From Amoebophrya sp. A120 (Eukaryota > Protista > Dinoflagellata), in contig CAJINV010000001.1 of NCBI GenBank assembly GCA_905178155.1, positions 14,315,984 to 14,379,983 on the forward strand: a stretch of 64,000 nucleotides of DNA, in the 5' to 3' direction. The translations under genes and the position numbers were made by a program. Positions 22,352 through 34,138 of this stretch are shown here, in pieces (within the stretch, counting starts at the first letter, position 1; every line of letters begins with the position of its first letter). The notes beneath the pieces were generated by a model. That model worked only from the letters and a program-made list of their open reading frames with translations. It made no database searches and was not told the DNA's origin.

Positions 22352-25300
22352 CTACGAGGAGTTTATGGCCGCCGACAAAAGGGCCGCATTGGCATTCGTT
22401 GTTTTCGACAATTCCGGGCCCCCCGGAGGTGGGGGAAACTGATCAGCCCCTTCCTTCGCCGCGTCTTCATCCGGTTCGGATCGGTCAGACTCGTGATCAG
22501 AGTACTCTTCCTCGTCACTGCTGGTCTCGAATTTGGGGGTTTCCTTTGCCGCCCCCGACAGTGCGGGCATCGTCTTCGATTTTCGCACTGGTGGCGGCTT
22601 GGGTACCGTGGGGTCCTTGCGGTTTTTCCCGGACGCCAGTCCCGCGTTCGCCCGCGCCTTCTGCATCATCTTTTTCAAGCCGAAGAGAAACTCCTCGCGT
22701 TCGATCTCGTCGCCGTCCGCGTCGATGAAGCCGTAGAGCATGTGCGTGTTCTGCCTGTGGTAGTGGTATTTCGCGACCGCTGCGTTAAACTCCTCCATGG
22801 ACAAGCTGCCTCCGCCGTCCTTGTCCAGCCAGTCCCACACTTCGGGCAACGACGCCAAAGTGAACGTGTCGTTGTCGAGGAAGTTGGAGGCCGTGTAGAG
22901 CAACGGCGGGAGCTGCGCTGCGGCCAGATTTCCAGTGGAGTTCGTCGCCTGCACTTCGGCGTCGTGTTTACTGTCCTTATCCGTGTTGGATTCCACCTTC
23001 GGTGGGTACCCGATGATCATCGTTTTTAACAAGTTTTTCGTCAGGTTGTCCGCTTTTTTTCGCCGCTCCCGCGCCGCGATGTCCGCCGACCGCTGCGCCT
23101 CCTCAATCAACTCTTTTTTCGTTTTGTGTCGCGGAAACCCGGCTGTTTCGCTGTCCCCCAGCGACGCGCCGTCGGCAACAGACTTCGGGGATTTCGGGCG
23201 GCGGCCGCTGGAGGCGGTGCCGGGTCTCGACGAGAACTCCTCGGGGATGATGAAGCCGCGCTTTTCCGCCTTCATCTCGACCGTGATCTTGAATTGCAGG
23301 AAAAACAAGAACTCCTCGAGCCCTAAAAACATCTCGCTCCAGAGGTCGTTCAGCTGTTTGAACTCCGCCCAACTGATCGTCCCCTCGCCACCCCGGTCCA
23401 GAAACCGGAAGAACGGCGTGACCTTTTCGATCAAGGTTTTCGAAACCGACAGCGTTGCCAGCTTCTCCAAGACGTTCTGCAGCGTGATCTGCTGTGTCTG
23501 GAAGCGGTCCAGAAAGCGAAACGCGCTGGCCAGAGAGTCGAAGTTCTGCAGGAAGTACTGCCCCATGTCCAGAACGACGCCGGGCACTTCTTCCAAGGAG
23601 ATCCACCACTCGATCTCGGCCTGAGGAGGTATTTTCTTCATGATCGACATGTTGTCTTCACACAAATTTTAGATCTTCAAGAACATGCGTGCTACTGCGA
23701 CTAAGTAGTTGGTCGCAACCGTAAGTAGTATTTTATTCACGTTGACGTTTCAGCCACTCTCATTGTCATCTTCATCTGCATGCATGAGTGTGCATCTTCG
23801 TAGTTCAGCATCAGCAATAAAGTGCATCAAAGTCACCTCATCATCCTCGACGTTTTCTCTTGTGTTCCAGCAACCGTAATCCCGGGCCATTTTTAACCTT
23901 TCCTTGATGATCGCGAACTCCGGCGCGCAGCAGTACGTCACGGTCATCACCCCCAGATTCGGCGGGTCCGTTTCCCAGGACCGCGGGATGCCGTACGTCA
24001 ACACGTCCGGCTGTCCGTCGTAGTCCTGATCCCACGTGACGTATCGAAAGGAAAAATTCCCCCTCCCCATATCAAAACGAAATCTCTGATGCTGGATCTG
24101 TGTACACCAATCAGCTTTGTATTGCAGGGAGGCATTGCGGCCAGATCCCCAGGCTATGCAGGGCCGTATCGGTCTAGTTGTTCAGCATGGCAAACGGCTT
24201 CCCTTTAGGCCCAACAGCATGAGAAACCGCTTCCATAACGGGGGACGAAGCTTTTGCCCTTATCTTCTTCCAAGACAAATGTGATTTGTGACCTCAAATC
24301 AGCAACACAAATTTTCGGAAACATGCATTTTCGATATGGGGAGGGGGAGTTTTTCCTTTCGATATGACGTCAATGATGTTTTCGCCCTCCTCGTGGGATT
24401 CGTACGTGAACTATCCACAGTAAATTTCCTGTACACGTACAAATGCGTCCTCTGCATGGCAAAACTTGGCCTCGGTCCTAGTTTAGCATGACAAGTTTCA
24501 CACTTCAAATTGGGGAAATTTGTGACGCATCTTGTACATGTACGGGAAATTTGTATTGCATATGAACAACGCGATCAGACACAACCTGTCCTCGTTGTAG
24601 CGGAAATCCAGCCGGAAAGTGTAGTTCTCCGGCTGCACCCAGGGGAGCATCCCGAAGGAGCCCAATCGCGGGACGATCTCAGCCTGCCACGTGGAACGGT
24701 AGACGTATGGATTGCAAAAGTATCGTACTAGTATAAATCGCAATACAAATTTTTCCAGAAGGAAAAATGGAATTTGTAATGCTGATTTCGCTACGAAACA
24801 AGATTTGTCATGCATGATTGCAAGTAGTACGAGTACGATACTTTTGCACAGGATAAGACGGCGGCGCGGACAATCTTCTCGTTCAGGTACCATATGGATT
24901 GCAAATATGTCTGGGTCTGGAAGAATGCAACTTGTCGCGCTGAATCAATCTGAATGTGAATCATGTGAAAATCTGTGTTGCATGATTGCCAAAAGTTGTC
25001 TACTTTTGACCTAATCGAGAGGCAGTTTCTCATGCAGAAGAGGCATGAAGATAGGACTCTCACAGAATCTGTCATGCTATGTCCTACATACCAGACCTCG
25101 TGGGTCATGGAAAACCTGCATGACAAGCCTGGCACTCTTCCAGACACAGACATATTTGCATTTGATATACCAGTCCACTGTGCGGTTCACCAGCGTGATC
25201 AAGACGTCCATCATAACGGCGTCGTCCGCTGTGAACAGCATGAGCAAGCGTCTCGCCTGTCGGCACGTGATGTAAAACCCGGGGCACACGGAAAGGATGA

Positions 25301-28300
25301 CCTCTTTCAATTCTTGCAGCGTACAATTGGACGCGAGGAGCGCGCGGAAAATCGCACCGACTTCGGCCTCGGTCAAAGAAGTGACGCCGCGCTTGGGGCG
25401 AATCATCGACGCGTAGTCGAATTCCAGGAGGTGGTGCTGCGGAAGCTGGAACGAGGAGGTCATCTCGAAGTAAAACCTGACGGAATTTTCGTTTCAGTCA
25501 GATAATGTGGCATAGCTATCACGGTCACGACCGAGGACGACGATGGTGATGTGACCTACAATTGGATACCGACACAATTGACACTAGAAATCTTCCCTGC
25601 GTCACAAGTGCATCGATCCTGAATAACATTACTCCGCATGTTGTCACGCGTTGATTCTTTCACATGAGTCATACCATCGGACATAACATGATTCACGACG
25701 CTATGGTGACGCACACCGTTCTGAAAACTCAAAGCACTTGGATGTAAGTTGTAGGTACCCGTTGATCCGCTCGTTCCGGAAGCAGCTGCGGTTTCCGAAC
25801 TGGGACACCACGACTTTCCCCACCCGTGGTCGAATCGTCTGCTCCCACTGGTCCAGGATCAGCAGTTGCTGCGCTACCACGTAATCCGCCAAGTCGCTCA
25901 GCTCGAGCGAGTACCGGCCGCTCGGGTTCTCCGGGCAAAACCCGAGCGCCCGCTTCGCGTAGAAGGCGATCTTCAACAAATCACCGGGACTGGGAGCCTG
26001 CATCAAGAATAACACTTTCTGCATCCGTCTTCCGCCGGAAAGGGAACCGAAGCAGTGGTAGAGGATCTTGTGTCGCAAGTGCGGCGCGAACGAGATCATC
26101 GCCGCAACCATGAGGTACGAATAGAAAAAATCCATGGACAGTGCCTGGATGATGACGCCCAAATCCGGCATGTTAGCCAACACCTCTTTGAACAAGCGAA
26201 CCACCTTCAACTCCGCCTCCCGTGTGAACAGTACCCTCGCAGATTCCTGAAACGAATTCAAGATCGAGACCGCCGGGTCCTCATCGCGGGTCTTTACGAG
26301 CTGCTTGTCCTTGGCGTTCGTTCCCCCGGCGGCGGCAAGATCCGCCGCACCCACGACGCCAACGTCTTGCGCAACCTTCTTGTCCTTCGCCGCGGCCATA
26401 ATCTTGTCGTACTCCAGCCCCAGTCGAAAACTGAAGCGGATCGTCGCCTTCTCTACACTCGCATACTCCGCGTTCACGATCCATTTCTTGCGCTTCTCGT
26501 CGAACGTCAAATTTTCCGACTGCCAGGCCTCGGACAAACCCTCGAAGCTGCTTTTTGGCAGGCGCTCCCGGATCCGGAGCAACAGGGAAAGAATCGCGCG
26601 CTGGCCCGGCAGGGATAAGTTCAACTGGTACTGCCTTTGGGCGGAGGACTGCAAAAAGGTGTACAGCCGGTAGTGCACCCCGTGCGTCGCGACCGACGTG
26701 CTGGGATTCACAAACCGCCGAATAGGGAGTGCTAAGGGATGTTGTGGTGGTTCCTCTTCGCGCATCCTCGCCACCGCGGCCTCGCGGTCGCGGATGTCAC
26801 GCGGTTTCACGGCATCGTACCCCCCTGCGTCCATCATGGAGGACATTTCGATGTAATCACAGCAAGTTGACGTGGCCAGGTACCGAAGCATCGCGCGACA
26901 GCCGTGGATGCCGAGGGGGTTTTGCCCGAGGAACAGATTCACCATGGTGTTGGTCCCGTACAGCGCGGCCTCCATGATCAGCGCGCTCTGCGAGTTCAGC
27001 ATGTTTTGCCGGGCGACGAGGTATTTCAAACGGTGGAAGTCGCCGAGGCCCTCGAGGAAAATGTTGATTTCGTTATCGTCGGGATCTACCGCGCCGACCG
27101 CGCAGGCGGACACATCCAGGCACCTCAATGAGCCGTGGCTCGCGACGCACTCGCGGAGCGTCTGCCAGACTTGAAAGTTGAAGGGGTTCCAGGAAATGTC
27201 GAGGTTCTGCAGATCTTGGTTCTTCCCCAGCACCGCAAGCAGCATCTGTTCGGCCATCGCGACCGGCATGTTCATGTCGGATAAGGCGATCTGCTTCAAG
27301 TCCTTGCCGCCCAGCATGTCGCACAGCCGCATCAGCGTGTCCGGTGCGAAAAGTGTGGAGGACAAATCGATCTCCTGCAAGTAATCCAGGAAGCTGAGCG
27401 TGTTTGTCAGCACGTTCAGCCCGAAGTCAGAGATCCCGCGGCACCGCTGCATGCGCAAAATGCGGAGCGTCCGCTGCGCCAGACACCCGTCTTCGCCCAG
27501 TTTCTGGAGCAAATAGATGACGGACTTGTCCGTGAGCAGCACATTCCCACTCAGGTCGAGGAGCTGCACGCTGCTCTTCGTCAAAAGTACCGACAACCCG
27601 AGCAGGTCTTCGTCGTTCAAACCCTCGTCGTGGCAGTCGACGACATTTCCCAGCATGTCCTTGAAGCAACACTTCAACCGCGGTAGCAGCTGTGAAATTT
27701 CGCAAAACTGCGCGTACGCGCCGCGCGCACGGTCCATCTTTTCCGTTTCCTTCCGCCGGGTAACTGCGTCCAGCACTGGAATCTTGCTCCGCGCCGGGTC
27801 CACTTTCGCGACGTCGTGGTGTAATTGCAAATTCATGTGCATTCTCTCCTTGTTCCGCGTTGCGTCGTTGGCCCAGTTCCGCTGCGGAATCGCCCGCTCT
27901 GCGGGTACCAGCAGTGCTTTCGCACTTCCGCGCTCCTTCAAGTGTACCATCACCTCGTTGATGCTCGCCGTTTTGTTCGCGATCGGGTCCGCGGCAACGT
28001 GCAGCACCATGCCGCCCTTCCTCCCGATCGCCTGCACATCGATGCCACCAAGCTCCTTGATCTGCGTCAGATCGGTCGTGCCAGACAGTACGTCATCCTT
28101 GGCGAACAGACTCTCGAAGCCGCGCGACTGCAACTTACCGCGTTTCGTGTCGTAGTCGTCGCTTGGCCCGATGGGGTGCTGGTCCGCGAGTTGTCCGCCT
28201 TGAAGATGTTGATGACCTCCGAGTCCGTCGCCGCTGCCGCTCATCATCTGTGAGGAAACCCGCGCTCCCATGGTCGACGGCCTCACCTTGCTCGTCGCAC

Positions 28301-31300
28301 TCGCCGGCGGGGCCGCGCCAAAGTGCGCTGCCGAGGTCCCCGGACGCAACGCCATCGCCGAGCCGCCGCTTGCCGCGGTCTGCGGCGTCTCGGCTTGTCT
28401 AGTAATCGTCGGGAACAAACCATTAGACGTTCCGGGGGTCGTCACCGCCGGCCCGGTCGTTCCGGTCGTGAGCGGGCGCGGCTGCGAAGAGCTCTGCGCT
28501 GACCCGGGAGTTCGCGTGCTCGCGGCGGTTGTCGTTGGCCGGGTGCGGACGATTTCCTTCTTCGTCATGGCCTCCAAGTTGCCCTCCGCCGGTGCCGCCT
28601 CCTGCTGTTCGACCACACGTGTCATTAACGGCAGCAAGTTCGCGCTCGAGTGCAGCACGTGCTTCGTTTCAGCCAGACTGATCTGTTGCTGCGTCTCGGT
28701 GTCCGCGGAGAGGTAGTGCGAGATTCTGGTTTTGCGGTCGATCCGGTAGTCCCGAATGCCGGAAATTTTCACGTCGGTTTGGTACTTGCTGCTGGCCGAC
28801 GCGACGTCCTCTGGCGTGACGGGGTAGCGGCGGAAGGCGTCGTCGTAACTTGTGTTGGAGGCGCCCATCAGTAGGTCCACGGCGGATCTGCGTTTTTGTA
28901 GGGCAAAGGACGCTTTCTTGCCGCTCGTCTTCCACGGTGCGCGCATTCCGGACGCCGCCCCGCCGACTTGGTTGGACTGCAGCTGCCGACCGAGCATGGT
29001 GTTCGTGTCTTCCATGTCTTTGTGCATCTTGGTCATCATCTTGTCAATGTCGGCCTCGCTGCGGTGCCCGCGGGAGTGCAGGAACCGCTGCATGTTCCGG
29101 TTGTTCGGGTGCACAAACCCCCCGGGAAGCCGTCTGATGATCTCTGTCCCGACCTTCTTGACGAGTTCCTCGCCCGGGTCTGGCGGACGCCAAGTTTCCG
29201 GGTTGCAGGGTAGTAGCGCTACGCGCCGTCCGTGGACGCTCTCCAGCACGTCGCCCGCTAGCGCGTGCAACAGCGCCTTTGGGGGGTTCCGTGACTTTGT
29301 TGGCAAGTAGGACTTCTCTCTTGATGATCTGTGGTGATGCTGATGCCTGTGGTGTTTGTGGTGTTTCGACGCGGAGCGACCGGAGGGCGAACAGTCCTTT
29401 TCTACTTTATTTCCGCTTTTCGATGTTGCGCTTTTCGGTTCGCGCTCGCCTGGACTTTTTGGCGTGGCGGCTACGCTTGCAGTCAACGCCCCCTCTTGAA
29501 ATCCCCTCGTGCTGCCCGGGATTGCAATTGCCGGTGGAGCCGTACGACCTCCGGTGTGGGTAGTAGTACTAGCAGCTGCAGGCTGCCCTGAGGAAAGACC
29601 TGTCTGATCTGCACCGAAAGCTGTTGCGTCGAACCCCGTTGCATTTGGTGGCGCCGCGGGATTCACTTGTATTTCCTGGGAGCTGTGGGCACGTATCATG
29701 CGCTTCCGCTTCTCCGCCGGCGATACCGCCGCAAATTGTGCTACAGGATCGTTTGCAGGTACGATCATTTCCGGAACGGGACTGGCACTGCGGCTCAACC
29801 GCCCACCGCGAGAGCTTTTCGGAGATCCCGGTGGCAAAGAAGACACCGTGTCTGCCGTAAGAACTTTTGATGGACCTGCGGTTGTTGGAGAGCCTGCCTG
29901 CGAAGTGGAGGAAGACAATAAAGTTGACGTACCTGTAAACGACGTTGAAGACTGTTGGCCGCCAAGGTCGGCAACCGAACTTCGGGGCGCTCCCTGATGG
30001 TCGATCGGAGCCGTCATACTGACCTCCTCGTCTTCATCCCCCGCGGCTAGCATGATTTCGTTGTCGCGCTCGATTTGTCTCTTCACCTTGTAGTCCGAAA
30101 ACCGCTTTTGCTTGTTCAAATACGTGTTGGCCGCGCTCTCGCCCGGTGGTGCCATCAGCGCGCCACAGTCCTGCTCCAGAACCCAGGACTTCACTTTCTC
30201 GTTCGGTCGGGTTCTCGCCTTGCCCTGCTTCAGCATCGCGTGCACGCCCCGCGAGGTCTTCAACTTCTTAAAGTGGGGGAAGAACTCGCTGCCCGCCTCC
30301 GAGCTGGTCGGGTCGGATGTTCCGTCCCCGGCGCCCGTCGCCGTGCTGCAGCTGGTGTCAGGTCGGTACGGCAGCGGATTGTCGGCAGCTTTCGTTGGAA
30401 AGATCGGATCGTCGTTTTCAACATCCGCATCATTTTCGCCTTCCGCTTCTGGAAGATTTGCATCTTCAGGATCTGCAAGTAGGCCGTCTTCCGCTCTCTT
30501 TTTCTTTTCCAGTTCTGCTTTCAGCAGCTGGGCTGCGGCTTTACTCGCAGCGCCCTCGGTCAGACTTTTGCCTGCGAGCTGCTCCTTCATCCCCTGTCGC
30601 GTGTTCACCGGGAAATCCAGGGTTCCGGCGACCACCACTCGGTCAACCGGGTCTAGTGAGTCTTTCAATCCGGGCTTGGTGTGGTGACAATGCACCACGG
30701 CTTCCATGGTTTCCAAGTTCGAGTTTGTGTTATCTTGGCCTTGCTTCCCCCCTGCTGCTGCGGCGGCGGCGTTCATGGCCGCGCGCTTCCTGGGTGAGAT
30801 CTGCTGGGGCGGTAACCGCACATCACCCAGGGTCGAGTGTGTGGGCGGCGCGGGTTCGTACCCCGGCCCTGATTTTTTCCGCACCGCTTTGTTGTACTGC
30901 AGGATCAAGTCCATCTTCTGCAATCGCGGGTCCGTCAAGGCGAAGTGCGACCCCTGGAAGTTCGGAAAACTTTCCCAATGCCGGGAATTTTTGGGAAACG
31001 GGGCGGGCGTCTGGGCTCTCGCCTGTTCCAGCGTGCGCCAGTCCGCGTCCTGGTTGGGCACGCGGTACTGCGACCAGAAGCTGGACCGCACGGGCTGCGT
31101 CACGAACTCGTCGCAGGGGTTGTCGGACCGCGGGGACGCAACCCGCCAGGCTTTGTTCCGCGCCGCCACATCCACATCGAGCATCCGCTTGGCCTGTTTA
31201 TTCACCTCCTCAGTGAACTGCGTGGCCTGGCGCGTCATGGCCATCAGGTAGCCCGGCTTCTTGCTCGAACTCCACAGGTTTTTCAGGGACTTCTTCGTCC

Positions 31301-32009
31301 CGTCGTCGCCCAACAGAGACACGGCGGGCTTTTTCTTTTCCTCGCCGCCCCCGGCGTCCCAGATGTTCTCCGTCAGCGGGCGGTCGGCGCCGTCCGGACC
31401 CTCGGGCTTTTTCCACTTATGCGTCTCGTCCAGCACGAGCTTCGACTTGCCCACCAAGCCGGAGGTCGAATGGGCCTTGCTCCGCTGGTCCTGCGCTCCT
31501 TTCTGCTTCTTCTTGCCCCCCGATGAACCGCCCAGCGTCAGGGCCCGCTTCGGGGCCACGGGTACGGGACTCGCCACGGAGCTGCCGCCAAAGATGTTGC
31601 CCATGGTGCCTAGCCGCGTCATGGCGCGGACCTTCATCTGCGCCCGACGCAGCATCCCACGCTTCACGAGTTTGTTCCGTCCGTTTTTGTCCTTCGCGTC
31701 CGGATCCAGAATCTTCTCGATCGTGACAAGCAGCTGGTCGCGACTACGTAGCTTCATCGCGACGTCCACTGGCGCGTCGCTGAACCGGGTGAGCAACGGA
31801 ATCCCCGCGACAAAGTCGCTTTCCGCCGCACCAGTGAGAGCGACAACATCTTCATTCCAGTTGTTCAACTCCAAGTCATCCGCCGGGAGCATCAAGGTTT
31901 TCGGAATTCCCTCCACCGCGGTCTTCTTCCGAAAGAAGGTTTCCAGCGTGCCCGGTGTCTTCGGTGGACTCCCGGGACGGGGCACGCCTCCGGGTGCTGG
32001 CTCCGCCAT
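22352..32009 (-). CDS. Giant protein: long disordered N-terminus, RI-like leucine-rich repeats, repeated NPxGxYxLxL-type domain, C-terminal EF-hands; at least 7 exons
   Basis: LRRs VQLLDLSGN, LQEIDLSST, LQNLDISWN, LRCLDVSAC, LFLGQNPLG. EF loops DRGGEGTISWAE and DKDGGGSLSMEE. Canonical intron 25477-25758 (NG|FYFEM). Excision of E7, E6, E5 and E4 gives a continuous frame. Confidence 0.8.
24042..24364. mobile_element. E4: TIR introner, 323 bp
   Basis: TIR of about 36 bp (TATCGAAAGGAAAAATTCCCCCTCCCCATATC... / ...TTTCCTTTCGATA). TSD TGACG at 24037-24041 and 24365-24369. Join reads ENIIDVTWDQDY. Confidence 0.95.
24412..24562. mobile_element. E5: TIR introner, 151 bp
   Basis: TAT...ATA ends with stem AAATTTCCTGTACACGTACAA / TTGTACATGTACGGGAAATTT. 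TSD TGAAC at 24407-24411 and 24563-24567. Join reads IALFTYESHEE. Confidence 0.92.
24706..24855. mobile_element. E6: TIR introner (family B), 150 bp
   Basis: Stem TGCAAAAGTATCGTACT / AGTACGATACTTTTGCA. TSD AGACG at 24701-24705 and 24856-24860. Join reads VRAAVYRSTWQ. Homologous to E9. Confidence 0.95.
24893..25167. mobile_element. E7: TIR introner, 275 bp
   Basis: Stem TGCAAATATGTCTGGGTCTGGAAGA / TCTTCCAGACACAGACATATTTGCA. TSD TACCA at 24888-24892 and 25168-25172. Join reads RTVDWYLNEK. Confidence 0.95.
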
Positions 32010-32673
32010 TGTTTTGTCCTCGGTGCTGCACGTCTGGTGTTTGTTGTTCAGAAGAAGGTCATCGGCAATGCGCTGCAGCAGGCCTTTGTTTTATTGCGGC
32101 CGAGCATGCATCTGCGTCTGCCTCAGCGTCAGCTTATTTGTCTACTGAAGCGCCGTGGTGCTTCGGCTTGGCGCTCCCTATGTTGATGGACATCCGTTTA
32201 TGTTGATTCAGTGCATCGTCGCAGAAACACATACAGGAACTAGAATACGTGGTGCGTTTCTTTCTTCAGAAATACGCGCATACGGAACCTAAAGCAGATA
32301 CCATTACCATTTACTGATATTCATCAGAAAAGAGCGGCGCGGCCGTGACAAACGTACATCAAACGCAGCTTTTGCACAAATCGATTTCGATATAGACGAT
32401 GCAAAATTCATAATTTATTGAGACTTCGACGAAAAAATGCTGTGCCTCAGGAATACCACGGCACCACCATGATATCATGGAAACGACACGAAGATGACGA
32501 CAACGAAAGCGAGGTCGTCGACAACCTCAAGCATAATTATTGCGATCCGCGGTACTTCGACGACGACGAGTTCATGATACATTCGGCTTCGAGCTCAACG
32601 AATCGAAACAATACACGAACAACACTTAATTAATAGAAAGATCTTCACGGTGATAGTCATGAACAATATTTTT

Positions 32674-33651
32674 TATGGGGGCGTCAAGCTTGTATTTGCC
32701 TCAGACCGTAACAAAAATTCTGCGCGCATTTTTTCGCGGCGCGAAGCTAGTAAACCTGTGCCCGCAAGTGAGGGGCTAACTCGAGCGCGGTTTGTTTTAG
32801 CTAGCTTGTCAGCAGCAGTGCTCTAGTGGGTAAGTGAGTATTGACGCGGAGGAGGGCGGGGCACAGAGGGTTCTTTTGTGGCTGGCGTTTTCACTTAGAA
32901 AGCGCCGGGCGCGCGCAGTATTTTGCTCCATTTTCCGGATTGCTTTCTCCGCGCAGCCATTTGCCGCTATGGCCTGGGTTAGGGTGTGAGGCTGCAGACG
33001 CCCCACGAGATGTCTACACAGGCCCTGGCATCGTCGTCTCTAGCGGGTACCACACGCATATGTTGGCCGCGAAGGCCTTTCCGGAGGCCTCCCAAAAAGG
33101 GAGGGCCGGAGGGGTGCCCGGAACCCTAAAAAAAAGCCTATCGCTTTTTCTTCGAATCACGATGGTGCTACCCCTCCCCAAAAGGGGTCCCGGGACCCCT
33201 CCGGGAAGCCTTTCCGAAAGGCTCTCGGGCTTTTCGCATTTTCAAGAACGAGCCGCAAAGGCAAAAGGCGCGCGCGCCTGCCGGAACACGCGCGCACTGC
33301 TGCGCGAAATTAGAAACTAGTGGAAACGCAGCCGCGGCCGGTTGCATTTGCGCCCTTGGCTCCGACCGACCTGCACAGATTGAGGCCCATTGTCTAGCGG
33401 CTGGACTGCAGGCGGACCTGCTGCAGCACCTCCAGGCTGCAGGGGCGCTCCGAGGCAAGTCCGTGGAGCAGCAGCGCCGGATAGCTCCGACTTTAGCCAC
33501 TGAGAAGTGCTGCGAAGAAGCTAGCTAGTTCATTCGGTATGCAATGTAGCGGGAGGCTATATGCGTGCAGCATGATGGATATCAAATGCAAAAAAAGGCG
33601 CGCGGAAAATTTTTTACAGCTTGAGGCAAATACAACGCTGACGACCCCATA
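32674..33651. mobile_element. E8: non-autonomous TIR element outside coding sequence, 978 bp
   Basis: Imperfect TIR of about 60 bp (TATGGGGGCGTCAAGCTTGTATTTGCCTCA... / ...TGAGGCAAATACAACGCTGACGACCCCATA), flanked by TTTTT on both sides. No credible ORF. Confidence 0.85.
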
Positions 33652-34138
33652 TTTTTTTTCTTTCTCTTAATCATCCGAGAGGACCTCGGCCGATTTGCGT
33701 ACAATCACAATGGCGACGAGAGGACAGACGAGTTAAACCAAGGCCGACTGCCCCGAACCAACTTCAGATTCTCCTTATCATATTGGGTTTCATCAAGTTA
33801 GTAGAAGAATTTAGAATTCTCACTATACACCAATAGCTTGAACAAAAATCCATTTCCGTCGAATGAAAACGTCGACGAGTAGCTCTTTCAATTCTCTCTG
33901 GAAGCCTCGGACCCGCACAATTTCCTGACTGTGAATGTTGTGCACTGCGACTCTTCAACATTTTCGTTTGAATCTAAATTCAAACACGAAAAGAAAAAAA
34001 TGTCGTACGATTCAGTGATTTTCATAAATTAAAAATAAAAGTGTAGTGAGTGTCGTCGTCCGATTTTTCAACCTAAAAGAATGTCCTCCGATGTTGAGTG
34101 TGAGTGACTGGTGCAGCAAGGTACTTCTAGCAGAGCCT

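Noticed and set aside
22352-25463. Frameshifted pseudogene interpretation of the fragmented ORFs
   Set aside because: Four of the breaks are exactly repaired by removing an element plus one TSD.
32809-33500. ORFs inside E8 as a transposase
   Set aside because: They are short and overlapping, with no DDE or DNA-binding motif.
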